Position numbers and translations under genes: made by a program
Source: Cyanophora paradoxa CCMP329
Taxonomy: Eukaryota; Plantae; Glaucophyta
Assembly: GCA_004431415.1 (NCBI GenBank)
Contig: QPMI01000674.1
Coordinates: 1 to 64,000 of the forward strand
Direction of reading: 5' to 3'
Length of the DNA stretch: 64,000 bases
Shown here: in pieces, positions 1-11,324 of the stretch
How positions within the stretch are numbered: the first letter of the stretch is position 1
Layout: every line of letters begins with the position of its first letter
The notes under the pieces: generated by a model
The model's input: the letters and a program-made list of their open reading frames with translations, nothing else
Database searches by the model: none
What the model was told of the DNA's origin: nothing

Positions 1-572
1 AAGGTAGTTCCCCACAAGGGGTGATTGAGTGTGATAGGTTTGCCATCATACTTTAGAAAATTCTCAGGGCGATATGGAGATTGAGAGGGCGAATTGTCAT
101 CCATAAATGAAGACTGGAACTCAGTTGAGCTTAACCCCAGAAGCTTACCAATACGCTTATTGCTTGCTCTTATACGGAAAAATCTGTTACTGTAGAACTC
201 CCTTTATAAGTGGTTGGATTGTAAAATAATTTGAATTCGAAAGCAACTGTTTTCCTGGCTATAGTTTCCTCATAGAAACATAGTTCAATCCATAGTTGTA
301 TGGTTGGGTGACCCCAAAATGTCCCTGATTGATATAACCGGTTGGCAGGGGGAGATGTTGTAAGTTACTGTTTCAGTGACAGAAACTATCCTGATAGGTG
401 AATTCCACTATTAAATGATCTGTTCCCACACTATGTAAATGCTGTTTGGAATTTCTGCGTAAATAACCCTACACTCTCGAGGTCTCTCTCTGGTGTTGTG
501 AGGGCAACCCTGTAAGAGTTTTCGGTTCACCTTGGCTGCGATCCTGCTATCAACATTGACAAGCCGGTTCAT
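1..572 (-). CDS. Minor capsid (penton)-like protein 2, 5' part; runs off the window and is frameshifted
   Basis: Starts MNRLVNVDSR, then RVGLFTAEIPN. Paralogous to 12861-13787 and to 39667-40512 (INCDSRD...FRVLSAEIPNS). Confidence 0.7.
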
Positions 573-601
573 TTTAATATATGAATATAGATAAAAGGAG
601 A

Positions 602-1601
602 ATGCCCGTGGATTACATTGAGGTGAGTTCTTTTAATACAATCTCTGGTGACGGTCCTACTTCAAGCTTGTAGCTCGACTTCCAAACATATATGAGAATG
701 TGAGGGCTGTCAGGCTGGTCTCCGGCCGAATTTTATAATAGTATCCCTATGGTGAGTGGTGAAACGCAACAGGGGATATTACAATTGATAATTCATTCAG
801 CATTTTTTGGAGTGAAGAATTCGATGGGCTGGCATTGATGGCATTCCAACTACTCGACCAGCGGCCGGCTTTGAACCTTGGAAGCAATTAATCATAAGTC
901 GCAAAAACCCATTCAAGCCACAGCAATTGGTAAATGTAATTAATGCGAAATTCGATGATAGAGAGCCGGAACCATCTATTCGCTGTAAATGGGATGAGTC
1001 ACTAAAACGAATTTATTCCACTCAGAGAAACCTTTCTATTTAGCCTTCTCTAACGCTGGAAATCCAAACCAGAAAACGATCCAAAGTTGCTGAGCGCTGC
1101 CCGATTGCTTGGTCTTGATCCCGGAAGATATGGAAATTCCCAATCCAATCACAGGTTTATAATGCTCTACTGATGGCATCTTTACTGGTGAACGGGTGAA
1201 TGGTATTATATCTTCGTTGAGCCTGAAAAGACAAGGGACAGTGTTTTATTTGTCAGAGTAAAAGAGTTGGGTGATCTGGTCAGTGTGGGGATGGTCTCCT
1301 GACTGGTTACTTCCACAAAATCGTGGTTCCTGACAAGGACTATGGTGAGCATGTGGTTTACAATTCAACAGAATCTCACCCACTTTACAAGTACTATAAC
1401 AAAAAAATGGGTTTGTCTACATTCTCTGTGGATATAGTAAATGCTATAAACGAACCAATCGATTTTGAGGGTCAACCTGTCCACCTCACATTTGAAATTC
1501 GATATGGGGAGGAGCCAGCAGGCGACCCTGTCTATGAATACTTTAAGATGCGGATGTCACAAAGTCATCCAACATATCCAATCATTGCGAGTTTTGGGTA
1601 A
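602..1601 (+). CDS. Minor capsid (penton)-like protein 1, several frameshifts
   Basis: ATG at 602 (MPVDYIEVSSF...YENVRAVRLVS). Collinear with the intact ORF 13817-14827; ORF 1323-1601 is its C-terminus. Confidence 0.8.
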
Positions 1602-1655
1602 ACACTAGGTTCATTCGTAATTTTTTTATGTTACAGTATAATAAAAGAGAAAATC

Positions 1656-3016
1656 ATGGATATTACGTCGACCCTCCAGCGCCTTTCGTTGAAAGAAGCC
1701 CTAACAACCCAGAGGAGGCCAAGGCCTTCTTTCTGGATAACTCCCTAATGCTTGGTCTTGAATCCAAGTCTAAGCCCGTTCTTGTTGTTGTGAACCGAGC
1801 AATACTTTTGAAAATAGTGTTGGAAATCGCATTTCATTCAAACTCCCTCGCTACAATTTCTGTGGCAAACTTGAACTTGCCTTCGACCTTCCAGCTATCA
1901 CTTTTGGTGATGCTGATCTTGTTCGAAATGGGTATACTCGCCCAGTTGGTGCTTTGGTTCAGCGACTTGAAATTACCTATGGGTCATACACCTACCATAT
2001 CCCTTCTGATTCCTTGCTCATTTCCCTCTTGTCTATTATAGTGAGATCAGCTTGCCAAAAAGAAGCGGTCAATGGGCATGCTTCACGGCATCCCCGCCCA
2101 TGGAACCAACCGACTTGGTGGCTCATTCTTGTTGAAATTCCTGTGCCTTGGCTAAACCACTACCTACCTCTTGGTGCTCTGTCTGGTGAAATGGTAGTAA
2201 CTGTTTGGTTCAAGGATGTAGGAAGGGTTATGTTGAGACTTCTTATGGTGGTCGTACTCTTCCTAAGGCTGGGGACACAGCCATTGATGGGGACAAGGAC
2301 GATGGGCTTGGCGTCGCACCTGCTGAATCTGTGCTGGCACATGTTGGCCAAAACATCACCACTTTCAATCTTGGTGCGCCAAACGTTGAAATTAAAATTA
2401 CTTCTCCTCGCCTTTATATGTATGCTGTTAATGTGTCTGATGAGCTTTTCGCTACTGTTATTGAGAAGGTAAAGACAACTGGCATGGCTATCCCTGCTCT
2501 GGATATTGGATTTGTGGATGTCAGTGATATGAAAGCCAAGGGTGGTGCCCAACCCAATCGAGTTAACCTCTCCCAAATCTCAGGTCTCGTTTATGCTCTG
2601 CTTGTTTCAGTTCGTGATAACGCTACTGTTGACAAAGCTAATGGTTCCACAGTGTTCTCAAGACCTACTCCAACTCCAAAGATATTACTTTCACTGTGGA
2701 AATTAATGGTCAACGTCTCTATGCCACTGAGCCTATTCCACTGCTCAAGGTGCTGAGCTGATTGCTGATGTCTTCAAATGCTCTAATATGGATAAGGTTG
2801 CTGATCGCTATGTTCTTTCGGGTATGAGTTTCTGTCTTGACGGTGAGAAGGCGATTCGCAATATTGCCCAGTCTGGCTATGTTGACCTGACCAATTCTTC
2901 ATCTTCATTCCTCACTCTCTACATGCCACTGAAAAGGCAATTGATGTCAATGTTCGCGCTCTCATGCACACGTTCCTCATTTTGGACAAGGACGGTTTAC
3001 GAAAATTAATCTATGA
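1656..3016 (+). CDS. Major capsid protein (double jelly-roll, NCLDV-like), frameshifted
   Basis: Reconstructed from fragments (GNRISFKLPRYNFCGKLELAFDLP; LVQRLEITYG; EIPVPWLNHYLPLGAL). Collinear with 14881-16246; lies between penton and packaging ATPase. Confidence 0.8.
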
Positions 3017-3153
3017 TCAGGAATGTATGTTTGTCTTACTGTTCTGCTCACAATTGGATTTGTTTTTTCATCATCGATTTCTACTTAATTCCCGAAGAAA
3101 ATGATATAAAGAAAAAAGCAACATGTATATAAAGGCCCTTTAACTTTGTTAAA

Positions 3154-4089
3154 ATGGTACGAGCTTTGACCCTTCATGAATTCATCGAAAAGAGCAAAAG
3201 AATACATGGAGAGAAGTATGATTACTCAAAAGTAACCTACAAAAACAATTCCACTTATGTAGTTATTCAATGTAAATCTTGCTCCATGGAATTCAAACAG
3301 CTCCCTGGTGGGCATTTAGCAGGTCGAGGGTGTAGAAAATGCGCTGCTAAACTAACTGGGGCGGCACAAAAACTTTCGACTGAACAGTTTATTGAGAAAT
3401 CAAGAGCTGTTCATGGTGATGTCTTTGATTATACAAAGACTGTCTATGAATCTGGACACAAAAAGTCACTGTCACTTGTAAGAAATGTGGAGCAGATTCT
3501 TGTATTTTAGCACAAAATCATCTATTTAAACAAGGGTGTAAGCAATGCTCTTTAGAAGAACGCAAGAGCAAAACTAGAAAAAGCAAAGACGATTTCATTA
3601 GAAAAGCCATCGAAATCCACGGCGATCGATATGATTATAATGAAGTTGTTTACATTAACAACAAAACAAAAGTAGTAGTTAAATGTAAGCAGTGTAACTC
3701 CAACTTTGCTCCAGTCCCAACCGATCACTACAAAGGACAGGTTGTCCTCGATGCCAATTCTCAAGGGGCGAAACAAGAATTGATCAATATTTAAAGAAGC
3801 TTGGGATTTCATTGAGATTCAAAAGAAATTCGAACGCTGCCGGAATAAGTTTCCCCTCCCTTTCGATTCTATATTCCAGACATGAATGCTTGTATTGAAT
3901 ACAAGGAGAGCAGCATTATAAAAAGGTTGGACATTGGGGAACTGATGGTACCTTCAAAAGTATCAGGAAAGGGACGCCATCAAACTTTTATTCTGTCAAA
4001 TAAACAACATACATTTGCTTGTTATTCCTTACACAGAGAAAGATATTGAACGGGCTGTAGAAACATTCCTTCAATCTCTTAAAGATTAA
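3154..4089 (+). CDS. Putative homing/selfish endonuclease: repeated DUF723-like Zn modules plus C-terminal PD-(D/E)XK/Vsr-like nuclease, frameshifted
   Basis: Three repeats of FIEKS..HG..YDY.K..Y......V...C..C, then a FPLPFD-(F)YIPDMNACIEY-(Q)GEQHYK-like tail. Absent at the orthologous site in B. Confidence 0.7.
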
Positions 4090-4142
4090 ACCATCTCCAG
4101 TCACACTGTATTATTTTTATCTGTTTCTTTATAGAAAGAACC

Positions 4143-4923
4143 ATGGGCGACTTGGACGAATTTGTGGCTGGTGAAATGATAAATCCCCCTTTCCGCGTTT
4201 TGGCAATTGGCAAATCTGCTACTGGTAAATCAGAGGCTGTCAAGTACTGGCTAAAGCAGCTTCATGATGCCAAAAAGATTGATGTCGTTCTTGTTATCAG
4301 TGGAACTGCTTTTAACAACTTTTGGAACAATGTAGCAAGTGTTCAGCTTGGCAAATGGGATGCTCATTACATTGAAAAGGTTTTGGAAGATCGACAACAG
4401 AAAATAGAAAAGGGAGAGCCGATTAATCAACTCTTAGTTGTACTGGACGATCTAATTGATAATGACTTGGTCGATCTCACTCGCGATAAAATAATCAACA
4501 AATTGTACTCTATGGGCAGACATTTGAAAATATCTATTATCTGTATCACACAAAAGCTAAGGAAAGTCTCATCGACCATTCGCGTCAACTCAGATTATGC
4601 TATGTTCCTAAGCGCTGCAATAGAAAGGAGCTTGAAGCCATTGAGGAAGAATACAATATAATGCGGGACAAAGATGTTTTCTATAAAATGTTTGAAGAGT
4701 ACGTACATTCCTACCAGTTCCTAATTTGGTCATCTGCCGATTATTCTGTAAAATATTTCGTAGATAAAGCGGATTTGGTCAAAGATTTCCCATTTCCACG
4801 GTTCCACAGGAAACCAAAAAGAAAGAAGACGAGCTTAAACCACCAGAGAAAGAAGAGGGGCGCAAAGAAGTGAAAAGCCAAGTTCATAGTAATAAGTTAA
4901 TGCGATATAAACGCGGTCTATAA
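4143..4923 (+). CDS. A32/FtsK-like genome packaging ATPase, frameshifted near the C-terminus
   Basis: Walker A GKSATGKS, Walker B LLVVLDD, GRHLKISIICITQ, and TIRVNSDY motif. Confidence 0.9.
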
Positions 4924-4950
4924 AATATCTCTCACTTTAATAAAGACACA

Positions 4951-5677
4951 ATGCCCCCCAAACGCAAAATAGGCATCCCTGCTGGGGCTGTTGTTATTCA
5001 GGTGGTGGTAACAATGGCTCCATTAACACAGACCCGCTTAAATTCAATGGAATGAATGAGGTTAAGCCCTCACAACAGCAAGAGGATCCCCTTAATGCCG
5101 CCTATGAGGAATCCTTTGATGACAAGCCCCACAGACGTCCACCAGTGATCAGCTCAACATCTCCCCTGAAGCTTCTAAAATGAAGGCTGTGGTGAGGTGC
5201 CAGGCGAATTATAGGTGCTGCTGATGATAAAGGTCTTGGGCTCCAAGATCTATCACTCACTCGCAAAGGTGAGGGTCTCAGTAAGAATCCGACAAGGTTA
5301 TCCAGTCTATGGCGGTGAAGTCACATACAAGACTGCTCCCACCAGAATATTCATAGAGTTCCCAAGGCTCAATGGGACGAAATGACTGCCAAGCTTAAAG
5401 ATCTGGAAGCCAAATCAAGTGCCTTAGAGCAGTATGTAACTGAGAAGAGAGAGAGATCCAAACTCAAGAAATGCTTAGAAAGGAGGTGTTCAAAATGGGG
5501 ATCACTGGGATTCCAGATAAACAGTTTATTGCCAAGAAAGAGAACCAAATTGATGAGCAAGCTGTTGATGAAATGAAAACAAAGACCCAAAAGGGGACTA
5601 TTGAGCCAGGTGCTACAAAGGCTGAGGTGGACAAAGGTGTAGCTCCCACAGTGTATAAACGACGGGTTTGGCTTTGA
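4951..5677 (+). CDS. Hypothetical charged/coiled-coil viral protein (possible core protein), frameshifted
   Basis: Collinear with intact ORF 17119-17853; positional counterpart of 35760-36443. Confidence 0.7.
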
Positions 5678-5702
5678 AAGCGTTTTTCTATAGATATTAT
5701 AA

Positions 5703-5933
5703 ATGGAGGATACCATTAGTTTGGTGGAGTTCACTGTCGATAGCCCTGTGACAGAGAGTTATATTAAAAACGCTTTAGCAAACCAAAAAAGATACAGGGA
5801 AGACCCGGAATATAGAGAGTTTAAGAAACAGCAAGCCTTGGCATCATATTATCGCCGAAAGGCACAAAAAGAAGCAGTGAGGCCCATAGGGAGGCCAATT
5901 AAATATTATCAGACTACTGAGAGCAGCAACTGA
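5703..5933 (+). CDS. Small basic protein with GRP (AT-hook-like) tail
   Basis: MEDTISL...KRYREDPEYREFKKQQALASYYRRK...PIGRPIKY; paralog of 18132-18377. Confidence 0.7.
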   Translation: MEDTISLVEFTVDSPVTESYIKNALANQKRYREDPEYREFKKQQALASYYRRKAQKEAVRPIGRPIKYYQTTESSN

Positions 5934-5934
5934 G

Positions 5935-6472
5935 TTATTTTGTCTCGTTAATAGTAAAATGTGGCAATGGCTCCAGCAATTGCTGGATATGTTTCATATA
6001 CATGTGACCAGCAATTATAAGTGTAGCTGTTGTGATACTACTATTGACGTCAGCATTGGATCTTCCTCCCAAGTGGATCCAGGAGTGGGTCTCCCTATGA
6101 TGTGGTGATGAGGACAGGCTCAACTGAGGGCAAAGGTAAGCTTGGAGAGTATTGAAGAGGTGACAGGGAGCAATTTGCTCAGGCTGTAAACAGCGCTTGG
6201 AATGAGTACCAAGGAAACCGTCTACATTGAACGCATTATCTGCCATCAGGGAAGGGGGTAATCTCGTTTCCAAGCATTAGAAGGTCGTTTGATATTTTTT
6301 GTAAGGCTGCTTTAATGTGTGGAGACAAAGGAGCTATGCGGTGTCCAAGGTTGTACAGTTCTATAGAGACGCGATGTATGGAGTCACTCAATTCAGGGCT
6401 TGGAGACGTCAGCGCCAGATGTGAGAGCTCAAAGGATATTTCTACAAGGCGAGTATGGATGGGAGTTGTCAT
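5935..6472 (-). CDS. Hypothetical protein(s), possibly one frameshifted gene
   Basis: Overlapping ORFs 6236-6472 and 5935-6273, convergent with 5703-5933. No recognisable motif and no counterpart in B or C. Confidence 0.3.
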
Positions 6473-6664
6473 AATAATCTACTTTTAGGCAGCATAAAAA
6501 TGCGAAAGGGGCGGCTCTGCGTAGAGCTTGATGAGAGCTTTACAGGGAAAAAAAGAGCGCTCAAAACGGCCAATCTGGTGAGGAGATATTCGCGTTTGGA
6601 GTTCCTTAAGTGGCTCTAATTGAACATTTTAGAAAAGTTCTTATAGAGCTCTATAAGGAAAAAG

Positions 6665-6800
6665 CCGCCTACTGCTGTACGGTAGGCATGAGGCTCTACC
6701 GGTAGGCGAGTAGGCAGGGCCCTACTGTCCTACCGCCGGCGGCCTGTGCCTACCGGTCTGCTGTAGACACACGGGCTCGCCTACCACTGCGGTAGGCTGG
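6665..6800. repeat. GC-rich array of CCTAC/GTAGG iterons in both orientations (putative terminal or origin element)
   Basis: gcctactg, ggtaggc, ctaccggtaggc, gtaggc, ccctactg, cctacc, gcctaccgg, gcctacc, ggtaggc within ~135 bp. Confidence 0.7.
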
Positions 6801-6802
6801 CT

Positions 6803-6843
6803 CATATATGTATATGATATATATGAAAAAAAACAAGTTTCGG
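6803..6843 (+). repeat. Left copy of a short imperfect inverted repeat flanking element B
   Basis: catatatgtatat..atatatgaaaaaaaacaagtttcgg resembles the reverse complement of 26963-27011. Confidence 0.45.
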
Positions 6844-6946
6844 TAAAAACTACAGCGCCGTGATCGCCATGACGCGGCGAGTCCGGAAAGCTATGATATA
6901 TATATATATGTCATGTGACATTATGATATATCATATACATATATCA

Positions 6947-8007
6947 TTATGGTATATACAATCCAAAGAACCATCTGATATTATAATATGAAGAAGCTCC
7001 ACCACTGACACTATATGATATTTTGATGGAATCATTAGCTTGAAGGTCAACTATTATTTCCAATCCATTGTTTGCATACACAGATGGATAATTATTATTA
7101 ACTTCAATTCCAGATGAGCTTCCGTTTTTCTGTAAAAATGTTGTTATAATACCTGGTCTTCCAGCCGTATAACAGGATCCACTAAATGTGACAAGATAGT
7201 TTCCTGTAACAGGGGCAGTAAAAAGCCCTGTCGCAGGATCGAAATGATTTCCTTGGTTCACTATGACTCCTGTTGTTGGATATATATTTATTGAGGAAAT
7301 TGTTGCAGTTATTGACCCATTTGGTTGCTGTTTTGTTGCAAAGAAACGAGGATGGCTACTTAATTTGAGATATTTGCTTGTCGGAAGTGTGAGATGTTGA
7401 ACAGTTGTGTTATCTGTCTGAATAGTTTTTTGAAGAGAAAGAATGGTATCCCATTCCTCTTGTAATTCATGACTGTGTCACTCATGTTGTCAATCTCAGG
7501 TGTATTTATTCTTGTTGTAAGTGTGAGAGTTCCATACTGAATACTCCCTGAAAGCCCACCATTAAAGGTCATCAATCCTGCAAATGAACATGTCCCACTC
7601 ACAGTCAATTGATTTGCTGTCAGAGTTCCTGCTACATTTGCTCCATCACCAATGTAGGCTCCTCCACTTTTCACCACAAGAGCAGAATTATTGCTTGTAT
7701 TACCAAAAGTAACTATCTGTGCTGTGGTGAATCCACCCACATTATCATATATTGCTGAATTGGGGACTACCTGACCTGCTTGAACTTGGTTTTTATTCGA
7801 GATTATAATGCCTGTGGTTCTAATCTTGCCTCCATTTCGATCACATCGAATTTCTTTGACCCTCAGTATACTGTTCTCTGTGAAAGAGGTATTACTTGTA
7901 GTTTCAGTGCAAATAAAACCGGGTGTGGAGTCGACTACTTCATGAGAGGTGCTGTGGAGTGATTTGGCTGCAAGTTCATAGTTTGGAATCTCTAAAAGGG
8001 AGGTCAT
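6947..8007 (-). CDS. Structural/fibre protein with C-terminal C1q (TNF-like) domain, frameshifted near 7430
   Basis: ATG at 8007 (MTSLLEIP). N-terminal FTENSILRVKEIRCDRNGG matches 48875-49891 (FNETSILRVKELRADKAGG). C-terminal NQGNHFDPATGLFTAPVTGNYLVTF is the C1q signature. Confidence 0.8.
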
Positions 8008-8026
8008 CTTTATAATTACGAAATAG

Positions 8027-11000
8027 TTAAATTGCGACAGCAATGTAATGAATTGTAACTGGAAATCCTGGTCTGTCAAAAGAACTTAATGGAACTATGT
8101 CAAGCTCACAAGTGAAATAGCTACTGTAAACTTGTTTAAGCCTAACATACATTCGATAGTAGTAGGCTGTCTCATTGTGTTGTATACCAGTTGTTACAAT
8201 AGGAGGGTTAGCAAAGCTGCTGTTGAAATTAATAGTGAGGTTAAACCTATGGTCAGGATTTGCCCAAAGATAAGGAGTAGTGTAAACATACGTTCCTGCT
8301 TGGATTTTCCATTAAAATATGCATTGAGTTGACTGGAAAGATCTGCCTCTGTAATACATCGACTGATGGTCGCATTATTTGAGGGGTTCATAGCATAGAA
8401 ATTTCTTGCATAGGCATTTCCACGAACAAGTAAGGTTTTATCAAAGTAATTCTGCGAATTGTGGAAGAACCATGTTTCTTCAAACATAGGTCCTGCTGGT
8501 TCTACAATCTGACCTGATCCTACATACATTGTGTTGTTGGCTCTGATTGTGGTGGCTGTGAAAGGATCAAGAGTTGGTCTATTGGTCAAATCATTGTAGT
8601 TTCCTGAGAAAATTGCAGGTTTGTTATAGATATCTGTATTCCAATCATGAGTGTGTGCAAAATCTGTAATCTCTGCCTTTGTGTGGGTGTGACCAACATA
8701 TGCAACATTTCCAAGATCTGTAATCTCTGCCTTGGTATGGGTGTGACCCACATATGCAACATTTCCGAGATCTAATATCTCTGATTTAACATGAGTGTGA
8801 GCGAAATTTGTGATATCTGCTCTTGTGTGGAAGTGTGCAAAATCTGTAATTTGTGATTTGGTGTGAGTGTGTGCAAAATCTGTGATTTCTGCCTTTGTGT
8901 GGGTGTGTGATCTATTATTTAGATCAAGGAAACTACCCGAAAATGCAACAGGATGCAGATTTGCAGCAGTAGGTTTATTTATGAGATCATTATAATCTCC
9001 TGTGAAAGAGATGGTCTTTAGTTCACCCCTTCCTACATAATCAGAAGGGAGATCAATCTTAATGGGCATAATAGCTGGATCATCAGGTATCTCATACTCA
9101 CCTCCTGGATGAACCACAGGAAAGGTTTGATTGCTTTCAGTATGGACAAAGAAGTTACATGCTGTTACTGTTCCATCAATAGTCCCACCTGTGAGAGGGA
9201 GGTAATTGCCTGTAACACCAATACCTATACCTGCAATGATTGTATTTAGTTCTGTTTCATCTATGTAGTTCTGAGCTTGAAGGTAATCCTCTGTGACTAC
9301 TCTCGAAATGCTCTCATTGTGTATGTTTTTTGCAGCCATTCTTTGATTGGCTTCCAGAACCCCACCATAATCTGTTTTAATCCATGCAAGCTCTGCCCTT
9401 CCATAATTATCATTTGCAGTTCCCACTATGGGAATGTAGGAATACTTATCTCGACTGAAAACTATCATTGGTCTTGAGCCATCTAAGCTGCTTACATCTG
9501 CTACATGAACCTGTATAGCAGAGTTGTAATTTTGGTAGGTTGCTGGGTCTGTTGGGACTCTGAATGTATCTGTGGGAATGTCAGCCTCCATGTAGCTTGA
9601 CACAAAGATATTTGGTATGGTTGCTCCTGGTGGTGGTGGGGTTTCAAAAGAGCCTGGTAATGTCCTAATATGAAGTGGTCCTCTCATAGCTGAATTTGCA
9701 AGTGTCCCATTCACATGAACATAGTGTTCATTCAAAAAGATCCTTTCAGGGATATTACAAGTCTGGTAAAGAGAAACCCCAAGTTATCAAGAGGCTCCAC
9801 CTTTGCAAATTCTGGTTGGTCATTGATCTCATCCCAAATATGTTCATGTTTGCTTGGTGGGAACTCAGTTGGAATCCCATCAATTTCACCCCAATCATGC
9901 CTGTGATCCTCTGGTGGATACTTTTGAGGTTTGCCTAAGATCTCATCCCAATCATGATTGTGATCCTCTGGGGATACTTTGCAGGTTTATTATTAATTTG
10001 TTCATAATCAGGAAAGAACTCCCAGATCTCAGGTCGAAATCCATCTGGTAATAATTCCTCATGGGGTTCATAAGGTTGCTCATAATCAACAACTGGTGGA
10101 TCATGCCCATCTGGCAAATACTCCTCATCAGGTTCATAGTTCTGCTCATACTCAAACTCTTGTGGATCTAAGCCATCTGGTAGTATCTCCTCCTCATTGG
10201 GATCAAACTGATCATATTCATATTCTTGTGGGTCAAAACCATCTGGTAAATATTCTTCCTCATCTGGAACGAATTGATATTCATCAAGCTCTAATATATC
10301 GATTTCAGGAGGTAAATACTGCTCATCTATTTGCTTTTTTGGTTCAATTATAGGTTTATTGCGAACTTGCTCCCAACTAACAATGTGCTGCCCAAAGGCT
10401 ACATCTTCAGTTGCTGTGTATTCTCTTCCAGGTTGCTTCTTTGGTGTTAAATCGGGTGGTCCATTGGGAAATGGAATAGGGAATGGGACAGTAGGTCCAT
10501 TGGGACCATAATGCTCAATGATTTCTCTTAGGGTTTTCTCACTTACAAGCTTCTCTCCATTTGCATACACATTGCTGCCATGGATATTTCGCCATTGCCT
10601 GGTTCGAATTCCAAGGTCTTTCACATTGCTATACAAAGGCAAAAGGTGCCTATCCATTTCGACTAAATCAGGGTGTAAATGGATTGCTACTGGTTGACTG
10701 GGGCTACTGTTGATTGTAATTGATGGCTTTTTTTGATGGACATCTTTTGGAGTAAAGAACCCAAAAGGCTCATTTCTTGCAAAGTCATATGTAATATCCT
10801 TGGGGTAGACATCATTTGTGTAGGAGACCTGATTTGTATTGGCAATGGGACCCACTTGCAATACTTGGGGGACCTCAGCTTTTGCAGTGCTGCCCTCATT
10901 GTAAATTCGTAAAGCTGTGTTCTGTTTGCCCTGCTCATCTTGAACATTGAAAATCAATCGACCACTATCGAACCTGGAAGGTATATCTGGGTGAGTGCCA

Positions 11001-11282
11001 CTGGTTTTTAGTTTCCTAGGTCTCCTTCTTGTTGCTTTGATCTCTGCCACTTGGTTTGCTTTCACATTACCCAAACTAAAAGCAACACTGACCTCCTCTT
11101 TATCTGGATCGGTTTGATTCACAGATAAAGCATGCTCCCTTGATTGAGTCTTTGATGAATTATCAGAGCTGTGGTCAATGAAACTGAACCCTTTACTTTA
11201 ATATTATCAAAGTTCACATGCTTGGTGCTGCTTGCATTATCATCTTGAATGGTTTCTAGATTGGTGGGTAATTGAAGCTCAT
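8027..11282 (-). CDS. Long tail-fibre-like protein (HxH repeats, acidic repeats, C-terminal H-type lectin/gp53-like domain), frameshifted
   Basis: Joins ORFs 9935-11122 and 8194-9735 with an alternate-frame C-terminus (KIQAGTYV...INFNSSFANPPIV...IHYIAVAI*). Homologous to 42056-44056 (FDSGRLIFNVQDE) and 45792-48854 (DGSRPMIVFSR...LEANQRMAAKNIHNE). Confidence 0.8.
8640..8910 (-). repeat. Intragenic HTHTKAEITDF(A) tandem repeats
   Basis: Six to seven copies of the H-x-H-x-x-x-(E/Q/D)-I motif typical of trimeric viral fibres. Confidence 0.85.
10020..10300 (-). repeat. Intragenic acidic ~21-aa repeats (P.EE.LPDG.DP...Y)
   Basis: Four copies of LPDG (CCATCTGG on the plus strand) spaced about 63 bp apart. 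Confidence 0.8.
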
Positions 11283-11324
11283 GGCTTTTACTATATGGAT
11301 TTATAAAATTCTGATAAGTAAAAG

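Larger units (their letters stand above)
1..6600. mobile_element. Element A: partial endogenous Polinton-like virus (capsid/packaging module only), sibling of element B; continues left of the window
   Basis: Nucleotide-level paralogy with 13200-18377: same order mCP2(-), mCP1, MCP, ATPase, hypothetical, small basic ORF. No primase, PolB or integrase after 5933. Right boundary approximate. Confidence 0.85.

Noticed and set aside
8194-8290. Hydrophobic C-terminus (MFTLLLIFGQILTIGL...) suggesting a TM anchor on B's fibre
   Set aside because: Frameshift artefact: the alternate frame continues into an H-lectin-like domain matching the C-terminus of 45792-48854.
6947-11282. Prophage or bacterial origin suggested by tail-fibre-like genes
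   Set aside because: There are no terminase, portal or HK97 capsid genes. The context is a DJR capsid, A32 ATPase, pPolB and rve integrase inside eukaryotic DNA.
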